Shown piece by piece: positions 18,716 through 28,999 of a DNA stretch of 64,000 nt. Below the pieces are notes generated by a model. The model ran no database searches. It saw only the letters and a program-made list of their open reading frames with translations, and was not told the DNA's origin. The translations under genes and the position numbers were made by a program. Positions within the stretch are counted from its first letter, which is position 1, and every line of letters begins with the position of its first letter. This stretch comes from Minisyncoccota bacterium (GTDB taxonomy: Bacteria > Patescibacteriota > Minisyncoccia > JAHIHE01 > JAGLIN01), in assembly GCA_041661265.1 (NCBI GenBank), contig JBAZUT010000001.1, positions 1,854 through 65,853 of the forward strand, given 5' to 3'.

Positions 18716-19702
18716 CTATCCGTCGGATAATTCTTTTTTCAATCCGTTGCGTCCCAGATCAAGCCAGTATCCGGTTTCTTCACTGTCATTGCCGTTGATA
18801 TATTTCTCCTGGTGAGCACCCATGAATTCCATCGCTATGCCGGCTAATGCATACGGATAGACATACTTTCGCTCTTCCTGGGTGAGCGGATTAAACCCGG
18901 AATATTCGTCTGAAACCAGTTCCGCTTTATCCCGCAAGGACAAGGAGTCATTCTTGTCATAAAGCAAATTAGCCAGAATTACCGATATCTCCTGGATCCT
19001 CGGCTGCCAATTCGAAACTGAAAAATCCAAAATATACATTTTTCCATCGTCGCCCTTTATAATGTTGGCTTTTGTGAAATCGCCATGGACAAAACAGCAA
19101 GGCAGACTGCCGGCCGGAATTGCATCGTATTGAGCCAGAACTCTTTCGACCAGCTTGAGGTCATCGGCCTGAATGAACTTCCGAACCTTCTGAAATGTTC
19201 TATGGATATTTGGAATAGCCCAGCTGTCGGACAAATATGCAGGGTGATGGTCTATCCTGTCTATCTTGGCAGCCTGTTTAATTATCGCCCGCCGCTCGCT
19301 GTCATCAGGGCAGCGGCCCATGTCCAAAAATGTCTTGCCCTCGATGAATTTCATCAGCACCATCGAGATACCGTTGGCAGCGCTGTCCATATACACCACC
19401 CCTCCATCGCTCGTTTTTTCCAAAAAGGGATGATTGACCCCCGCATCTATGGCTTTTTTCATTATAGTGCCGTATCGCAAAATGATCACGGGCGTACGTT
19501 CTTTGGAAAATATTTTCGCCACATATTTTCCCCCCGATGCTTCGATGGCCACGTTGCAATCTTCATAGCCCATTTCAATCACATAGTAGCCTGCGGGCTT
19601 CCCGATCCCATAGGCACCGCAAAGACGGTCTACTACCGGGCCAAGATCTCCCGAGTAATTCAGCCTGTCGGCCGGCGTTTTTTTGTTCATTTCCATGCTC
19701 AT
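18716..19702 (-). CDS. aminoglycoside/choline-kinase-like phosphotransferase (APH family protein kinase-like fold)
   Basis: HGDFTKANII catalytic loop and ILDFS motif. Confidence 0.7.
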   Translation of the reverse strand: MSMEMNKKTPADRLNYSGDLGPVVDRLCGAYGIGKPAGYYVIEMGYEDCNVAIEASGGKYVAKIFSKERTPVIILRYGTIMKKAIDAGVNHPFLEKTSDGGVVYMDSAANGISMVLMKFIEGKTFLDMGRCPDDSERRAIIKQAAKIDRIDHHPAYLSDSWAIPNIHRTFQKVRKFIQADDLKLVERVLAQYDAIPAGSLPCCFVHGDFTKANIIKGDDGKMYILDFSVSNWQPRIQEISVILANLLYDKNDSLSLRDKAELVSDEYSGFNPLTQEERKYVYPYALAGIAMEFMGAHQEKYINGNDSEETGYWLDLGRNGLKKELSDG

Positions 19703-19817
19703 TATATTAATACCCTATTTTAATATGAATAACGCAACTCTTCAAGGTCTTTCGTAAAAATGACTCCGGGTTGACTTCCATAAAAACCGTGTGTTATTGT
19801 TGAGATCGGAGGCAAGA

Positions 19818-19970
19818 ATATGTGCGAAAAATGCAAAAAATGCCATGAAAATCCTGCGATCTCGAGCGGTTTTTGCATCGAGTGCCTGGCAGACGAATGG
19901 GGAAAAATAATAGATAGCGGGCATCCGATGATCTCGCCGCAATCACTGATAAAAACCAAGACAGAAAAAT
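19818..19970 (+). CDS. small Cys-rich (CxxCxxC...CxxC) protein, ~50 aa, not in ORF track
   Basis: GGAGG-N7-ATG, MCEKCKKCHENPAISSGFCIECLADEWGKIIDSG. Confidence 0.3.
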
Positions 19971-20013
19971 GATATCTGTCTTTTTTCTTGCGCCTTTTCA
20001 GAATGCTTGGCCG

Positions 20014-20607
20014 TTAACTCTGCCAGCGGCATTTCTTTTTGAAAATATTCTTCCTGTGTATGCAGATGACAAGCGACGCGTTTATGATCACAAGATATGC
20101 CGGAAAAGCGTATGAAGAAAAATTCCAGGTTTTGATCGCAGTGAAACTCGTAAGCGCGCTGAAAAATCCGGCCGAAAAAGCATCCGCCGTTTCCGTTTCG
20201 GGATATTTCCATGATTTCACCAAAGTGGGATATGTGGCAAAGAGGTCGCTCACGAGCGCAAATACTATGGCGACCGTCGGTTCTTTGGTTATTCCCCAAA
20301 GGACCAGGGCCAGAATTGAAAATAGCCCGCAAAAATAATCGCTTTTTTCCAGTTTCCAATATGATTTCTTATTCGCGAAAGACGCCGCAAGCACCAGCAA
20401 TGGAGCCAATCCTGAAACAAAGACCGGAACCGCGGCAAGCCCCACTCCGTCCGAGACCGCGGCAAATGCCGCAATAAGCGGAGCTATGGACCAGAGGAGC
20501 CACGAGATCCTGTTCGGCTTGGTCCTGCCCTTCAATGTTTGTTTGATATATGAAGCTTTTCCGATCAGCTGAACCGCAACTGCAACAAAAACTAGATTTT
20601 CGATCAT
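20014..20607 (-). CDS. multi-pass membrane protein (hypothetical)
   Basis: 197 aa with ~6 hydrophobic segments. Confidence 0.5.
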   Translation of the reverse strand: MIENLVFVAVAVQLIGKASYIKQTLKGRTKPNRISWLLWSIAPLIAAFAAVSDGVGLAAVPVFVSGLAPLLVLAASFANKKSYWKLEKSDYFCGLFSILALVLWGITKEPTVAIVFALVSDLFATYPTLVKSWKYPETETADAFSAGFFSALTSFTAIKTWNFSSYAFPAYLVIINASLVICIHRKNIFKKKCRWQS

Positions 20608-20758
20608 ATAAGTCTTAATAGATAATTACCATGCTGTTATTATCATATAATAGATCCTGTGTATTTGAAAGAGGATATTTTTTCGCCTCACATTTTTTTC
20701 TGACGCTCCGGCGGCCGCCGGTTTTCTTCGCCATACACCTTGACAAAACGCATATTTT

Positions 20759-21130
20759 TTGATAGTCTTTCATTGCAAAAAGGAGGCATTGTTTTTGACA
20801 GGAGAAAATATAATAGTTGTCGTAGAAGCGAATATCGGCCGCGAAGACAGAGAAAGCGGAGAAAAAGTCATCAGGGACGCCGCATGGGATATTGTATCCC
20901 GCGTATTGATCACGGAAATTATCGGCTTAGTGTCAAAAGCTTCGCTGATTCTCAACATGATCGATGCTCCGTTTAAAGATACGAAAGTGTATGTGCAAAC
21001 ATATATAATAGGCGGCTACCCCAGGGAAGAAGAGGTGGAAGATATAAGAAAATCGTTCGCGAAAATACCCTGGTGCGTTAAATCGCAGATAGTCACGATA
21101 CCTGAGAAAAATTTAATAAAAATAATCTGA
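20759..21130 (+). CDS. hypothetical protein
   Basis: ORF only. Confidence 0.3.
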   Translation: MIVFHCKKEALFLTGENIIVVVEANIGREDRESGEKVIRDAAWDIVSRVLITEIIGLVSKASLILNMIDAPFKDTKVYVQTYIIGGYPREEEVEDIRKSFAKIPWCVKSQIVTIPEKNLIKII

Positions 21131-21266
21131 AGGGCCGTCGCTCTTTTTTTTCTATTTTACCCGCCCGATAGATTTTTTTGGAACACATTTTCGCATATGC
21201 GATGACCGGCGTTGCACGCCGATCCGCACTATGATAAGGTGAAATTAATAACAACTATGTTTTAAT

Positions 21267-21698
21267 ATGACCAGCAATAATAAGATCGAGAAAAAAGAGC
21301 TCTATGACGCTTTCAAGGATGACGACGTCAAAGAATACCAAGAAGAAGCAAAACGGCGCTGGGGCGCAACCGATGCCTACAAGCAGAGTATGAAAAAAAT
21401 CGGAAAACTTACCAAGGCCCAAATGGAAAAACTGAAAAAAGACGGCATTGAACGCACCAGAGAAATTGCCGCCGGCATGGACAAGGGCGTCGGGGACAAA
21501 AAAGTGCAGGAACTTATTGCCCGGCACTACCGGGGCATCCAATTTTTCTATGACTGCCCTCTTGAAATGTACCAGAACCTCGGAAAAATGTACGTGGATG
21601 ATCCCCGCTTCACGGCCCACTATGACAAGCACCGCCCGGGACTTGCTGTTTTCATGAGAGATGCTATCGCATATTTCTGCGAAACAAATCGGAAATAG
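21267..21698 (+). CDS. TipAS-like (antibiotic-recognition domain) protein
   Basis: Pattern WGATDAYKQS...HYRGIQFFYDCPLEMYQNLGKMYVDDPRFTAHYDKH...AIAYF typical of the TipAS/Mta C-terminal domain. Confidence 0.55.
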   Translation: MTSNNKIEKKELYDAFKDDDVKEYQEEAKRRWGATDAYKQSMKKIGKLTKAQMEKLKKDGIERTREIAAGMDKGVGDKKVQELIARHYRGIQFFYDCPLEMYQNLGKMYVDDPRFTAHYDKHRPGLAVFMRDAIAYFCETNRK

Positions 21699-21893
21699 CT
21701 TGCGAATTTGCCGTTCATTGCAGGGAACATATTGAGCGCATTTGTGTGACTACATCCCTCTGCCATTCCCGACCTGATCGGGAATCCATTTAGTACGAAA
21801 TATTTCAATTTTATTGGATTCCTGCGTTCGCGAGAATGAAAAATTGCACGACAGGTATAGTTTTGGCAACGACCTATCGTATCGGGTTATCCT

Positions 21894-21923
21894 TTGACAT
21901 CAATATCTTATTTAAGATAGAAT
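21894..21923 (+). promoter_or_regulatory. sigma70-type promoter TTGACA-18-TAGAAT for the HD gene
   Basis: Hexamers at 21894 and 21918. Confidence 0.45.
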
Positions 21924-21948
21924 GACATAAATGAATAAAGGAGGTAAA

Positions 21949-22575
21949 ATGCCCAAAAAAATAAACTACATAAAAAAGATCATACAGGAAGCGGAAAGAT
22001 CCCTGAAGAGAAAGGAGAAACAATCGATCAGCCACCGGATGGACCACATGGAACGGGTCTGGAAAAGGGCCAAAGCAATTGCCATGAAAATGATGGAAGA
22101 ACTGGATATCGTGATCGATATGGAAGCACTGGAAGCAGCCTGCCGCCTCCACGATCTGGACGAATCCTATGAAGGGAAAAAAGCGGACCATGTGGAAAAC
22201 AGCATGACGGACGGAGAAACGCTGATGCGGAAGATCAAGTATCCTCCATGCAGAAGGCGCAAAGTCCTCCAGATAGTCTCGGAACATTCCTCGGAGAGCA
22301 TCAGGACGCCGACCAGCATTGAAGCAAAGATACTGTTCGATGCGGATAAGCTCGACGGCCTTGGAGCCATAGGGATCGCCAGAGTATTCGCGCTGTGCGG
22401 ACAGCAGGGACTGAGCATCGCCGAAACCGCAAAGTGGTATCGCGCCAAAATACAGAAAGCAATTCCATATATGCAGACGGACATCGGCAAAAAGCTCGCC
22501 GCAAAAAATCTGCCATATGTGATCTCATATCTTGAAAAGATCGAGAAGGAGCAGGCGGAACTGGAAGCCATCTAA
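21949..22575 (+). CDS. HD-domain phosphohydrolase
   Basis: H..RV and LHDLD motifs. AAGGAGG-N6-ATG at 21949. Confidence 0.7.
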   Translation: MPKKINYIKKIIQEAERSLKRKEKQSISHRMDHMERVWKRAKAIAMKMMEELDIVIDMEALEAACRLHDLDESYEGKKADHVENSMTDGETLMRKIKYPPCRRRKVLQIVSEHSSESIRTPTSIEAKILFDADKLDGLGAIGIARVFALCGQQGLSIAETAKWYRAKIQKAIPYMQTDIGKKLAAKNLPYVISYLEKIEKEQAELEAI

Positions 22576-22681
22576 TAAAGATGGTTTATTTTTTTCGGAT
22601 AAATCAAGGTTCAAAAAAATCCGCCAAGACGTCATGCCGGGTGGTTTTTTTATTTGCTTTTCCGGACTTTTGCATGCCCTA

Positions 22682-23521
22682 TCAGCTTGAGATCGGGAGA
22701 TTATCGGAAGAAATAAGCTCAAGCAGGGCTCCTTTATTTATTTCCCAATCGCTTTGATAATCTTTCGATATTTCCACCGTGATAGCCGGATTTCCTGTCA
22801 TCTCCTTGAACCACTTCGTCGCCGTACCCGAATAATCCCAGCCGCCATAGAATTCGTATCCGGTCCTAGCGGAATACCATTTTGCCAAGGCGACGGAAGG
22901 TTCACCTGCTTCCGGCGAGATCAGATTTCCGTGAGCGTGGAAAGATATCATGGCCTTCGGTTTATACTGCTCGACAAGATCCCTGATCACGCGACTCTCA
23001 CTTTCGGAGAATGGCGCCGGACCGGCATAGTTCCCCTCGGGTCCGTATTGCTCCCACAAGGAAGTAGCGAAATTCAGATTCAGATTAACGCCGCTGGCAT
23101 TCAGCTTGTCTGTCCGGTCCTCATATCCGTCCGGATTGGCAACCGGAATAATGATCAGTTTTTTTGACTGGGAAACAATGTCAGGATCCAAAGAGATCTC
23201 CAGCACCAGGCGATTGAGAAGATCGGCCGTGCCCATCTCGTTGCCATGGATCGCCGCAAATATCAGCAGACTGTCTTTTCCCGACCCGATCTCATAGCCC
23301 TCAATGTTCTTCCCCTGCTGCGACTGACCGAAAACCTTCTTTTCGATCTTTGTTTCTTCCGGAACTTTGATTTCTTCTTCGTCAACCGTTGCGATTTCAT
23401 CCGAAGGCGGCCGGATGATATTGTTCGCGAAAAGGGAGTATCCGCCCGCCAAAAATACGAACAAAAAAATTACGAGATAATACAATAAGGAATTTTTTCT
23501 TTTTGCATAATATAATTCCAT
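22682..23521 (-). CDS. M14-family zinc carboxypeptidase (MpaA-like)
   Basis: Zn-ligand motifs AIHGNE and HAHGN. N-terminal signal anchor. Confidence 0.7.
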   Translation of the reverse strand: MELYYAKRKNSLLYYLVIFLFVFLAGGYSLFANNIIRPPSDEIATVDEEEIKVPEETKIEKKVFGQSQQGKNIEGYEIGSGKDSLLIFAAIHGNEMGTADLLNRLVLEISLDPDIVSQSKKLIIIPVANPDGYEDRTDKLNASGVNLNLNFATSLWEQYGPEGNYAGPAPFSESESRVIRDLVEQYKPKAMISFHAHGNLISPEAGEPSVALAKWYSARTGYEFYGGWDYSGTATKWFKEMTGNPAITVEISKDYQSDWEINKGALLELISSDNLPISS

Positions 23522-23692
23522 CTTTGTTCCCTTGGAAATTAAAAAGTACTTTTCGTCCCATGCTTATTACATCGGATAACATCGGGATTTTGCATGTATA
23601 TTGTCAATATATCAAATTACATCCGTCCGGGCAAAAAAAACCCGCGAATTTTCGCAGGTAAATATGCTATTTTTTTTTGAAGTCTCTTCGGC

Positions 23693-24175
23693 TCAAAATT
23701 CCGACAAGAATAATATTATTATGGCTTCAATGAAAGAAGTGATCAATGATGCCTTGGCTCCGGCGATCATGGCTCCCGCAAATCCGTTCAGCAGATAAGC
23801 GGCGGATGCCGCCTGAATGAAAAAATGCGCAGGAAGAGCCAGCAGCAGAATAATAATGACTATATTTTTTATGGATATTATCTTTTGGTCGAAATCGAGC
23901 TGCCGGCTTACTATTTCCAGAGCGCACCAGAATATTCCGATCACCAGCGCCGCAGCTACTGTAATAATTATGCCATATATTATTGTTACAAAGTTGCGCG
24001 AGACTATATAGTCAATGACCAATACTGCGATGATCGCCAATATTATCGTCAAGATCGCAATATTTTTTCCATACAATCGCAGAGACCTTTCCTTCATGTC
24101 TTTAAGCTTTCCCTTAATCGCAAAGACCCATTCCAACACCGTTTTTTTATTTTTCTTTTCCTTTCCACTACTCAT
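23693..24175 (-). CDS. membrane protein (hypothetical)
   Basis: Start at MSSGKEKKNKK with AAGGAGGG RBS, 3-4 TM segments. Confidence 0.45.
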   Translation of the reverse strand: MSSGKEKKNKKTVLEWVFAIKGKLKDMKERSLRLYGKNIAILTIILAIIAVLVIDYIVSRNFVTIIYGIIITVAAALVIGIFWCALEIVSRQLDFDQKIISIKNIVIIILLLALPAHFFIQAASAAYLLNGFAGAMIAGAKASLITSFIEAIIILFLSEF

Positions 24176-24223
24176 CTTTTCCCTCCTTAGTTCATTAAAT
24201 TCAGCCAACACATTTATTCCCTT

Positions 24224-24586
24224 TTATTCAGGCAGATGCCGGTTTCTTGCTTCAGCCGTACAGTGTTCGCAGAAACGTATCCTCAAGCACGGCACATCGA
24301 CATATTCTCTCCCGTGCTTCTCACATATTTTACTTGATATCAGCGTCAGTACGGCAGTTCCGGATTTGGCATTCATAATGCCATTATATTTAAAACCATC
24401 TTCTTTCAGCCTCTTTAGATACAAATTCGACACAACGCCGTTGCACCTCGGAGTAATTCTGGAGATGTCGAACAGATAAACGCGATCGGGAATGTCCCGA
24501 GGTTTAAAAAGAATGTTTCTTTTTTCATCTCCTTTCACATTTATTCCTAATTTTTTCAGAACATGGAGAACTATATTTTTATTCAT
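24224..24586 (-). CDS. hypothetical protein
   Basis: ORF only. Confidence 0.4.
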   Translation of the reverse strand: MNKNIVLHVLKKLGINVKGDEKRNILFKPRDIPDRVYLFDISRITPRCNGVVSNLYLKRLKEDGFKYNGIMNAKSGTAVLTLISSKICEKHGREYVDVPCLRIRFCEHCTAEARNRHLPE

Positions 24587-24739
24587 TACTTTTTTCCTCC
24601 CCCTGTTCGCGAAAAATGTTTCGCGATCTTTTTTGAAAGTCTTCCGGTTTTAGCTGATGCCTTTTCTCTTTTTTCTTTCCACTTCCATTGTTCATCTTTT
24701 CCCTCCTTCAAGTTTTACGTTATGCGCACCGACGCAATA

Positions 24740-25096
24740 TTACGCATGACACACATTTGAATCTTTTTTTATTTTTTCATCCCGCTGCGAGGCCCCTACC
24801 TGACGCATGTTTTCAAATTCCGTTTTCATGTATTTGAATACCCTTTTTGCATGTTCGCAAAGCTTATTATCCAAAGCCCTTCTGATCGCTATTAACAATA
24901 CGATCAATGAATAAATATTGATCATTGCCAGATCCACGCCTTTGTACATCAGGTAAAATTCGACAGCAAACAAAAGAATGAACAGCCTGATCTCATAGCA
25001 AACAAATATAGCAAGCACCAGCGGGTCTATGATCGCTTCAGTAAACGCTGATCTGTTTTTTTTCGTTCTATCATTTACATTATTATCTTTTTCCAT
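24740..25096 (-). CDS. small membrane protein (hypothetical)
   Basis: ORF with hydrophobic segments. Confidence 0.4.
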   Translation of the reverse strand: MEKDNNVNDRTKKNRSAFTEAIIDPLVLAIFVCYEIRLFILLFAVEFYLMYKGVDLAMINIYSLIVLLIAIRRALDNKLCEHAKRVFKYMKTEFENMRQVGASQRDEKIKKDSNVCHA

Positions 25097-25404
25097 ATTT
25101 TTCCTCCATCTGATTCCTTTCCAAAGATACCGGGATCCCTTCCTTCTCTTTGAAACAGGGAATATAGGCGCAAACAGTGTTTATGCCCATGTTACCTGCT
25201 TAAAAGTTTTGGATTGTAAATGTGCAGCTAAGCCCTCGATAATTAATCAGAGTTCTTCTAAGTTTACCTTTTTAAAAGATAAACTTGGAAAAAGTTGGAA
25301 GTTAAAAAATCTTAACTTCCATAATTGTTATTTTTTTTAACAACCAACAAACCTTTTTATTATTTCTTGTCTGCAATCTTCCTCGGCAGGTTTATTATTT
25401 TTAT

Positions 25405-26019
25405 CTATTTTTTTTCGAAACAACGGACAGATTGAGCATAACTTTTAGGAGTAGCTACAGATGAACTGCCATTTAAACCTATCAAGCCTATTTCATAACT
25501 GTATGCCTCCCTCGAAAGGCGGTGCCAATGAGGCACATTGAGATCATCATCGCACCAAAAATACGCGCGATTACCCTGATCTTCAAACACTCTGTCAACG
25601 CTATATCCACAGCAAACCTTGATACAGTGTCTCCCTGCAAAAACAATGTTTGGAATGCTTAGCCCATATATTTCCCACTCGTCACTGTTTGGCATAAATT
25701 TTCCAGCTCTCCGAGTTTCACGCCTTGCTGCTCTCCATGAAAAAAGCTGCTCTCCTTTAAATTTTCCATGAAGGAATTCGCAAATATCTCCTTCCGGATT
25801 CATTAAAAAGCTTTTTTGTCCCAACCACCCCCTCCAGATTTTCTCCCAGCCAGCGGAGTCAACATGGAAATTCCTTTCTTCTAACTTCAATATTACCTTT
25901 GTATTTTCATCCATTTCTTTTTCATCTTCTCCTGCCAAAATTGTTAGAATATTCTCTTTCTCTTTGGAGCAGGCAACCTGGACATTCATTATATTAAATG
26001 CCCATATTGTCTGCTTCAA
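25405..26019 (-). CDS. hypothetical protein, possible Fib_succ_major-like domain (ends ...SVRC)
   Basis: Weak motif similarity only. Confidence 0.4.
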   Translation of the reverse strand: MKQTIWAFNIMNVQVACSKEKENILTILAGEDEKEMDENTKVILKLEERNFHVDSAGWEKIWRGWLGQKSFLMNPEGDICEFLHGKFKGEQLFSWRAARRETRRAGKFMPNSDEWEIYGLSIPNIVFAGRHCIKVCCGYSVDRVFEDQGNRAYFWCDDDLNVPHWHRLSREAYSYEIGLIGLNGSSSVATPKSYAQSVRCFEKK

Positions 26020-26380
26020 AGTTTTTTGTTTTCGTTATTAATTCGATTTTCAAGGTGCGATCCCTGCCTTCAAAAAACGATCAGAGGCAAATAAAAAACC
26101 TTCCCATAAACAAAAAACGCTCTTATCACTAAGAGGTTATTCAGGAAAGGTCCTTAAATTTTTATAAAAGACGAACCAAGCTAACCCCTTAATGATAAGG
26201 GGTTCTGACGATCCAACTGCACCTTTGTTTCGAACTGTGAATTATACGTCATAGGATTTTTTGATACTAACTTCAAAGTGTATCATACAATTTTGGAAAT
26301 GTCAAGCCCGGCCAGCACACATGCTACGTTCTATCTTCAACGATAAAAAATCCCCTCGGCGGTGCCGGGAGGAGTCGGTT

Positions 26381-26779
26381 TTATGTATTGACGATCTTTG
26401 CCCGGATATCAGGCCACTTCATGCTGATCCTTTCAAAGATTATTTTCGCCTGGTTGGCGGTTTTTTCCAATAACTTTTTTTCTTCGTCCGGTCCGCTCAT
26501 GGCGGACAGAAATCCGATGAATCTCTTGTAAATAAATTGTTCTCCATCTCTGGTTGTGGACATCAGCCGGACAAAATATCTGCGTCCTACAATTTCCGTA
26601 AAGAACAAATAATTGTCCGAAACGACATTCTGGCTTTTTTGGATCTCGAATGTCGCCATGATCTCAATGGGGTTTCCGTTTTCGATCGCCGCCTGTGCAA
26701 AATCATTTAGTGTTTCCGCCTCCGGGGGAAACATATTCCTTATGAACCTCAGTATTGGTCCTATTATTCTATCGAACAC
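26381..26779 (-). CDS. hypothetical protein
   Basis: ORF only. Confidence 0.4.
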   Translation of the reverse strand: MFDRIIGPILRFIRNMFPPEAETLNDFAQAAIENGNPIEIMATFEIQKSQNVVSDNYLFFTEIVGRRYFVRLMSTTRDGEQFIYKRFIGFLSAMSGPDEEKKLLEKTANQAKIIFERISMKWPDIRAKIVNT

Positions 26780-26891
26780 ATAATCACCTCTTTTGTTGCC
26801 TTCATATTAAATGATTGACGGAGTTTGTCAATGAATTCTTTATGGCGGCCTTCGAAAAAAAAACTGCTATCGAAAAAAAAATAAAGGTGAT

Positions 26892-27383
26892 TTATTCACC
26901 TTTTATCCTGTTCACCTTGAAAATAAGTATATTCTCGAAATATTTATTCGCAGCCTTTGCGAATCTCTTTGCATCCTTTTTGGAAATAAAGTACATATCT
27001 TTGAGCAGATATTCTCCTTCAGTATCTTCATAATTATTCAAGAATAAATTATATGAATTGGACACAAGATAAACATTATTCAGCTTCCTGGAAATAATTC
27101 CACATGCAACCAATAGAATCTGCTCCCAGAAAAAGAATACGCCTTTATCATTACCGCCTTTCATTTTCAGCGATTCCATGTGTGATTTTATATACATTTT
27201 ATTCTTTCCCTCCAGATATAATGGCCAATTTATTTCCGTACCATTTTTATTCAGAATTATTCGGAAATGGTTTTTCATTGCCTCTTTATCGTCATTGGTT
27301 GTTTCTTTGTCATCAAAAAATGAGTCAATGAATTCACTGGCCTTTTCAAATAGAGTTTGTTTCTTCAAAGTTTTTTTCTTCAT
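26892..27383 (-). CDS. hypothetical protein
   Basis: ORF only. Confidence 0.4.
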   Translation of the reverse strand: MKKKTLKKQTLFEKASEFIDSFFDDKETTNDDKEAMKNHFRIILNKNGTEINWPLYLEGKNKMYIKSHMESLKMKGGNDKGVFFFWEQILLVACGIISRKLNNVYLVSNSYNLFLNNYEDTEGEYLLKDMYFISKKDAKRFAKAANKYFENILIFKVNRIKGE

Positions 27384-27492
27384 GTTAAAGACCTCCGCCT
27401 GCTATTTGCGCAGAACTGGACAAAATAGCATGGAAAGTTCATTTTGTCAACAGTCCATGGCAAAACCAAACGGCTTTTTAAAGCCGGCCATC

Positions 27493-27521
27493 TTGACAAA
27501 CAGCAAAAGATGGTGTAGTAT
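27493..27521 (+). promoter_or_regulatory. sigma70-type promoter TTGACA-17-TAGTAT plus identical leader and AGGAGG (27527-27532)
   Basis: Near-identical to the cassette at 32465-32503. Confidence 0.6.
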
Positions 27522-27540
27522 CTCGCAGGAGGCTTCGACA

Positions 27541-27846
27541 ATGATCACGCCAGATTTTATAATGGATGCCCTTGGAGCAATGTTTTTTTTGGGCGCGGCT
27601 TATTTTGGACTTTGTCTGATATTCAGAAAATCTATATGGAACTATCCGCCTATAGCATCAATGTATATCGCCATTGTGATATATTCAGTGTTTTCCGGGA
27701 TAGTGCTCATCCTGCAAATAGCTATTTCGAACACAGCTATCATTCTTTTCTGCATAGTCACATTCGTCTGGGGATACATCACCAGCCGCCTGCCGGCAAG
27801 AAAAGTAGAAAAAGAAATAATAATTGAAACAAATAAAGGCACCTGA
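27541..27846 (+). CDS. small 3-TM membrane protein (paralog of 32029-32334)
   Basis: ATG 8 nt after AGGAGG, ends ...TNKGT, followed by an AGGCA..TGCCT-T8 terminator. Confidence 0.6.
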   Translation: MITPDFIMDALGAMFFLGAAYFGLCLIFRKSIWNYPPIASMYIAIVIYSVFSGIVLILQIAISNTAIILFCIVTFVWGYITSRLPARKVEKEIIIETNKGT

Positions 27847-27860
27847 ATGCCTTTTTTTTA
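27837..27860 (+). terminator. rho-independent terminator
   Basis: AGGCA-cctgaa-TGCCT + TTTTTTTT. Confidence 0.6.
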
Positions 27861-27892
27861 TTGTCTTCAAGCTCGGATCGGATCGAAGCAAT

Positions 27893-28795
27893 TCAGGAAA
27901 AGAATATCATTATGATCGAGGTGGAAACGAATCCAAGCAGGATCGAAAGCGAGATTATTTCCGCGGCGAATTCTTTGTCCAAATTCTCCAGCGATGAGAA
28001 CGTCAGAGTGTTATAGCCTACCGGCGCGGCGGAGGAAAGGAGCACGATCGTCCTCGTCAGCCCCTCAAGACCAAACACCTGCGAGAAGATCAATCCGAGA
28101 ATGAATCCGAAAAACATCCTGATCAAAAGAACGCAAGCGGCGGGAGCGGCATGTTTTATATTAAGACTGAAATATATCCCGAGCGCCAGCATGACGAGGG
28201 GCGTGACCATGTTTCCCAGAAGCTGGAAAAAATCATCCGCCACGCCGGGCATGCGAATGTTGTAAGCGTTGAGGGTGATGCCGATCATAAGCGCCCAAAG
28301 AAGCGGAGAGAAAAACAATTTTCTCGATATGCTTTTGGGATCATATCCATTGGTTCCATATTTACAGGCGACATAATATACGAACGTAAATACAACCAGC
28401 GCGTTTCCGAGATCAAACAAAGAATATCTCGCCATCCCATCTTTGCCATAGACAGCGATCACAAAAGGAAGGATGAAGTGGGTGTTCATGATCATCGAGC
28501 CGACCAGGAAAACCCCAAGGGTCGGCCTTTCAAGACCCAGCTTCCTACCCGTCGCGCGAGCAAGCACCGAGGTGCACAAGATGATGAGCATGGCGATCAC
28601 CGGAAGATAAATGAAAGCGAACTCAAGCGCGAGGCTCGAAACTGAAACAATGACGAGAGACGGCGCCGCCGCATAAAAAACTATCTTCAAAAAAAGGTCC
28701 GCGTCTTCTTTTTTAAAAATGCCGATCCTTTTCAGGATGTTTCCCGATAGAAATATAAGGAATATGGGCGCGATCTTTATTATTATCTCATTCAT
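27893..28795 (-). CDS. AEC-family (auxin efflux carrier / malate permease-like) transporter
   Basis: ~10 TM segments, N-terminal MNEIIIKIAPIFLIFLSGNILKR typical of the family. Start at ATG 28795 preferred over GTG 28819. Confidence 0.7.
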   Translation of the reverse strand: MNEIIIKIAPIFLIFLSGNILKRIGIFKKEDADLFLKIVFYAAAPSLVIVSVSSLALEFAFIYLPVIAMLIILCTSVLARATGRKLGLERPTLGVFLVGSMIMNTHFILPFVIAVYGKDGMARYSLFDLGNALVVFTFVYYVACKYGTNGYDPKSISRKLFFSPLLWALMIGITLNAYNIRMPGVADDFFQLLGNMVTPLVMLALGIYFSLNIKHAAPAACVLLIRMFFGFILGLIFSQVFGLEGLTRTIVLLSSAAPVGYNTLTFSSLENLDKEFAAEIISLSILLGFVSTSIIMIFFS

Positions 28796-28999
28796 AGGAT
28801 TGCAATTTAGCAGTTTCACTTTCTATATCCTAACAAATTTCCGAAGTTTATTCAAACAAAAACGCGATGACGGAGTAATAATTAATGCTTTTTTTAAAAG
28901 TACGGATTATTCTATATCTTATTTTGTATAAAAAAAATCTCCCTGCAATATTTTATGATATCGCGAGAGAGATCAAATGTTTACTTATTCCGATTTTGT

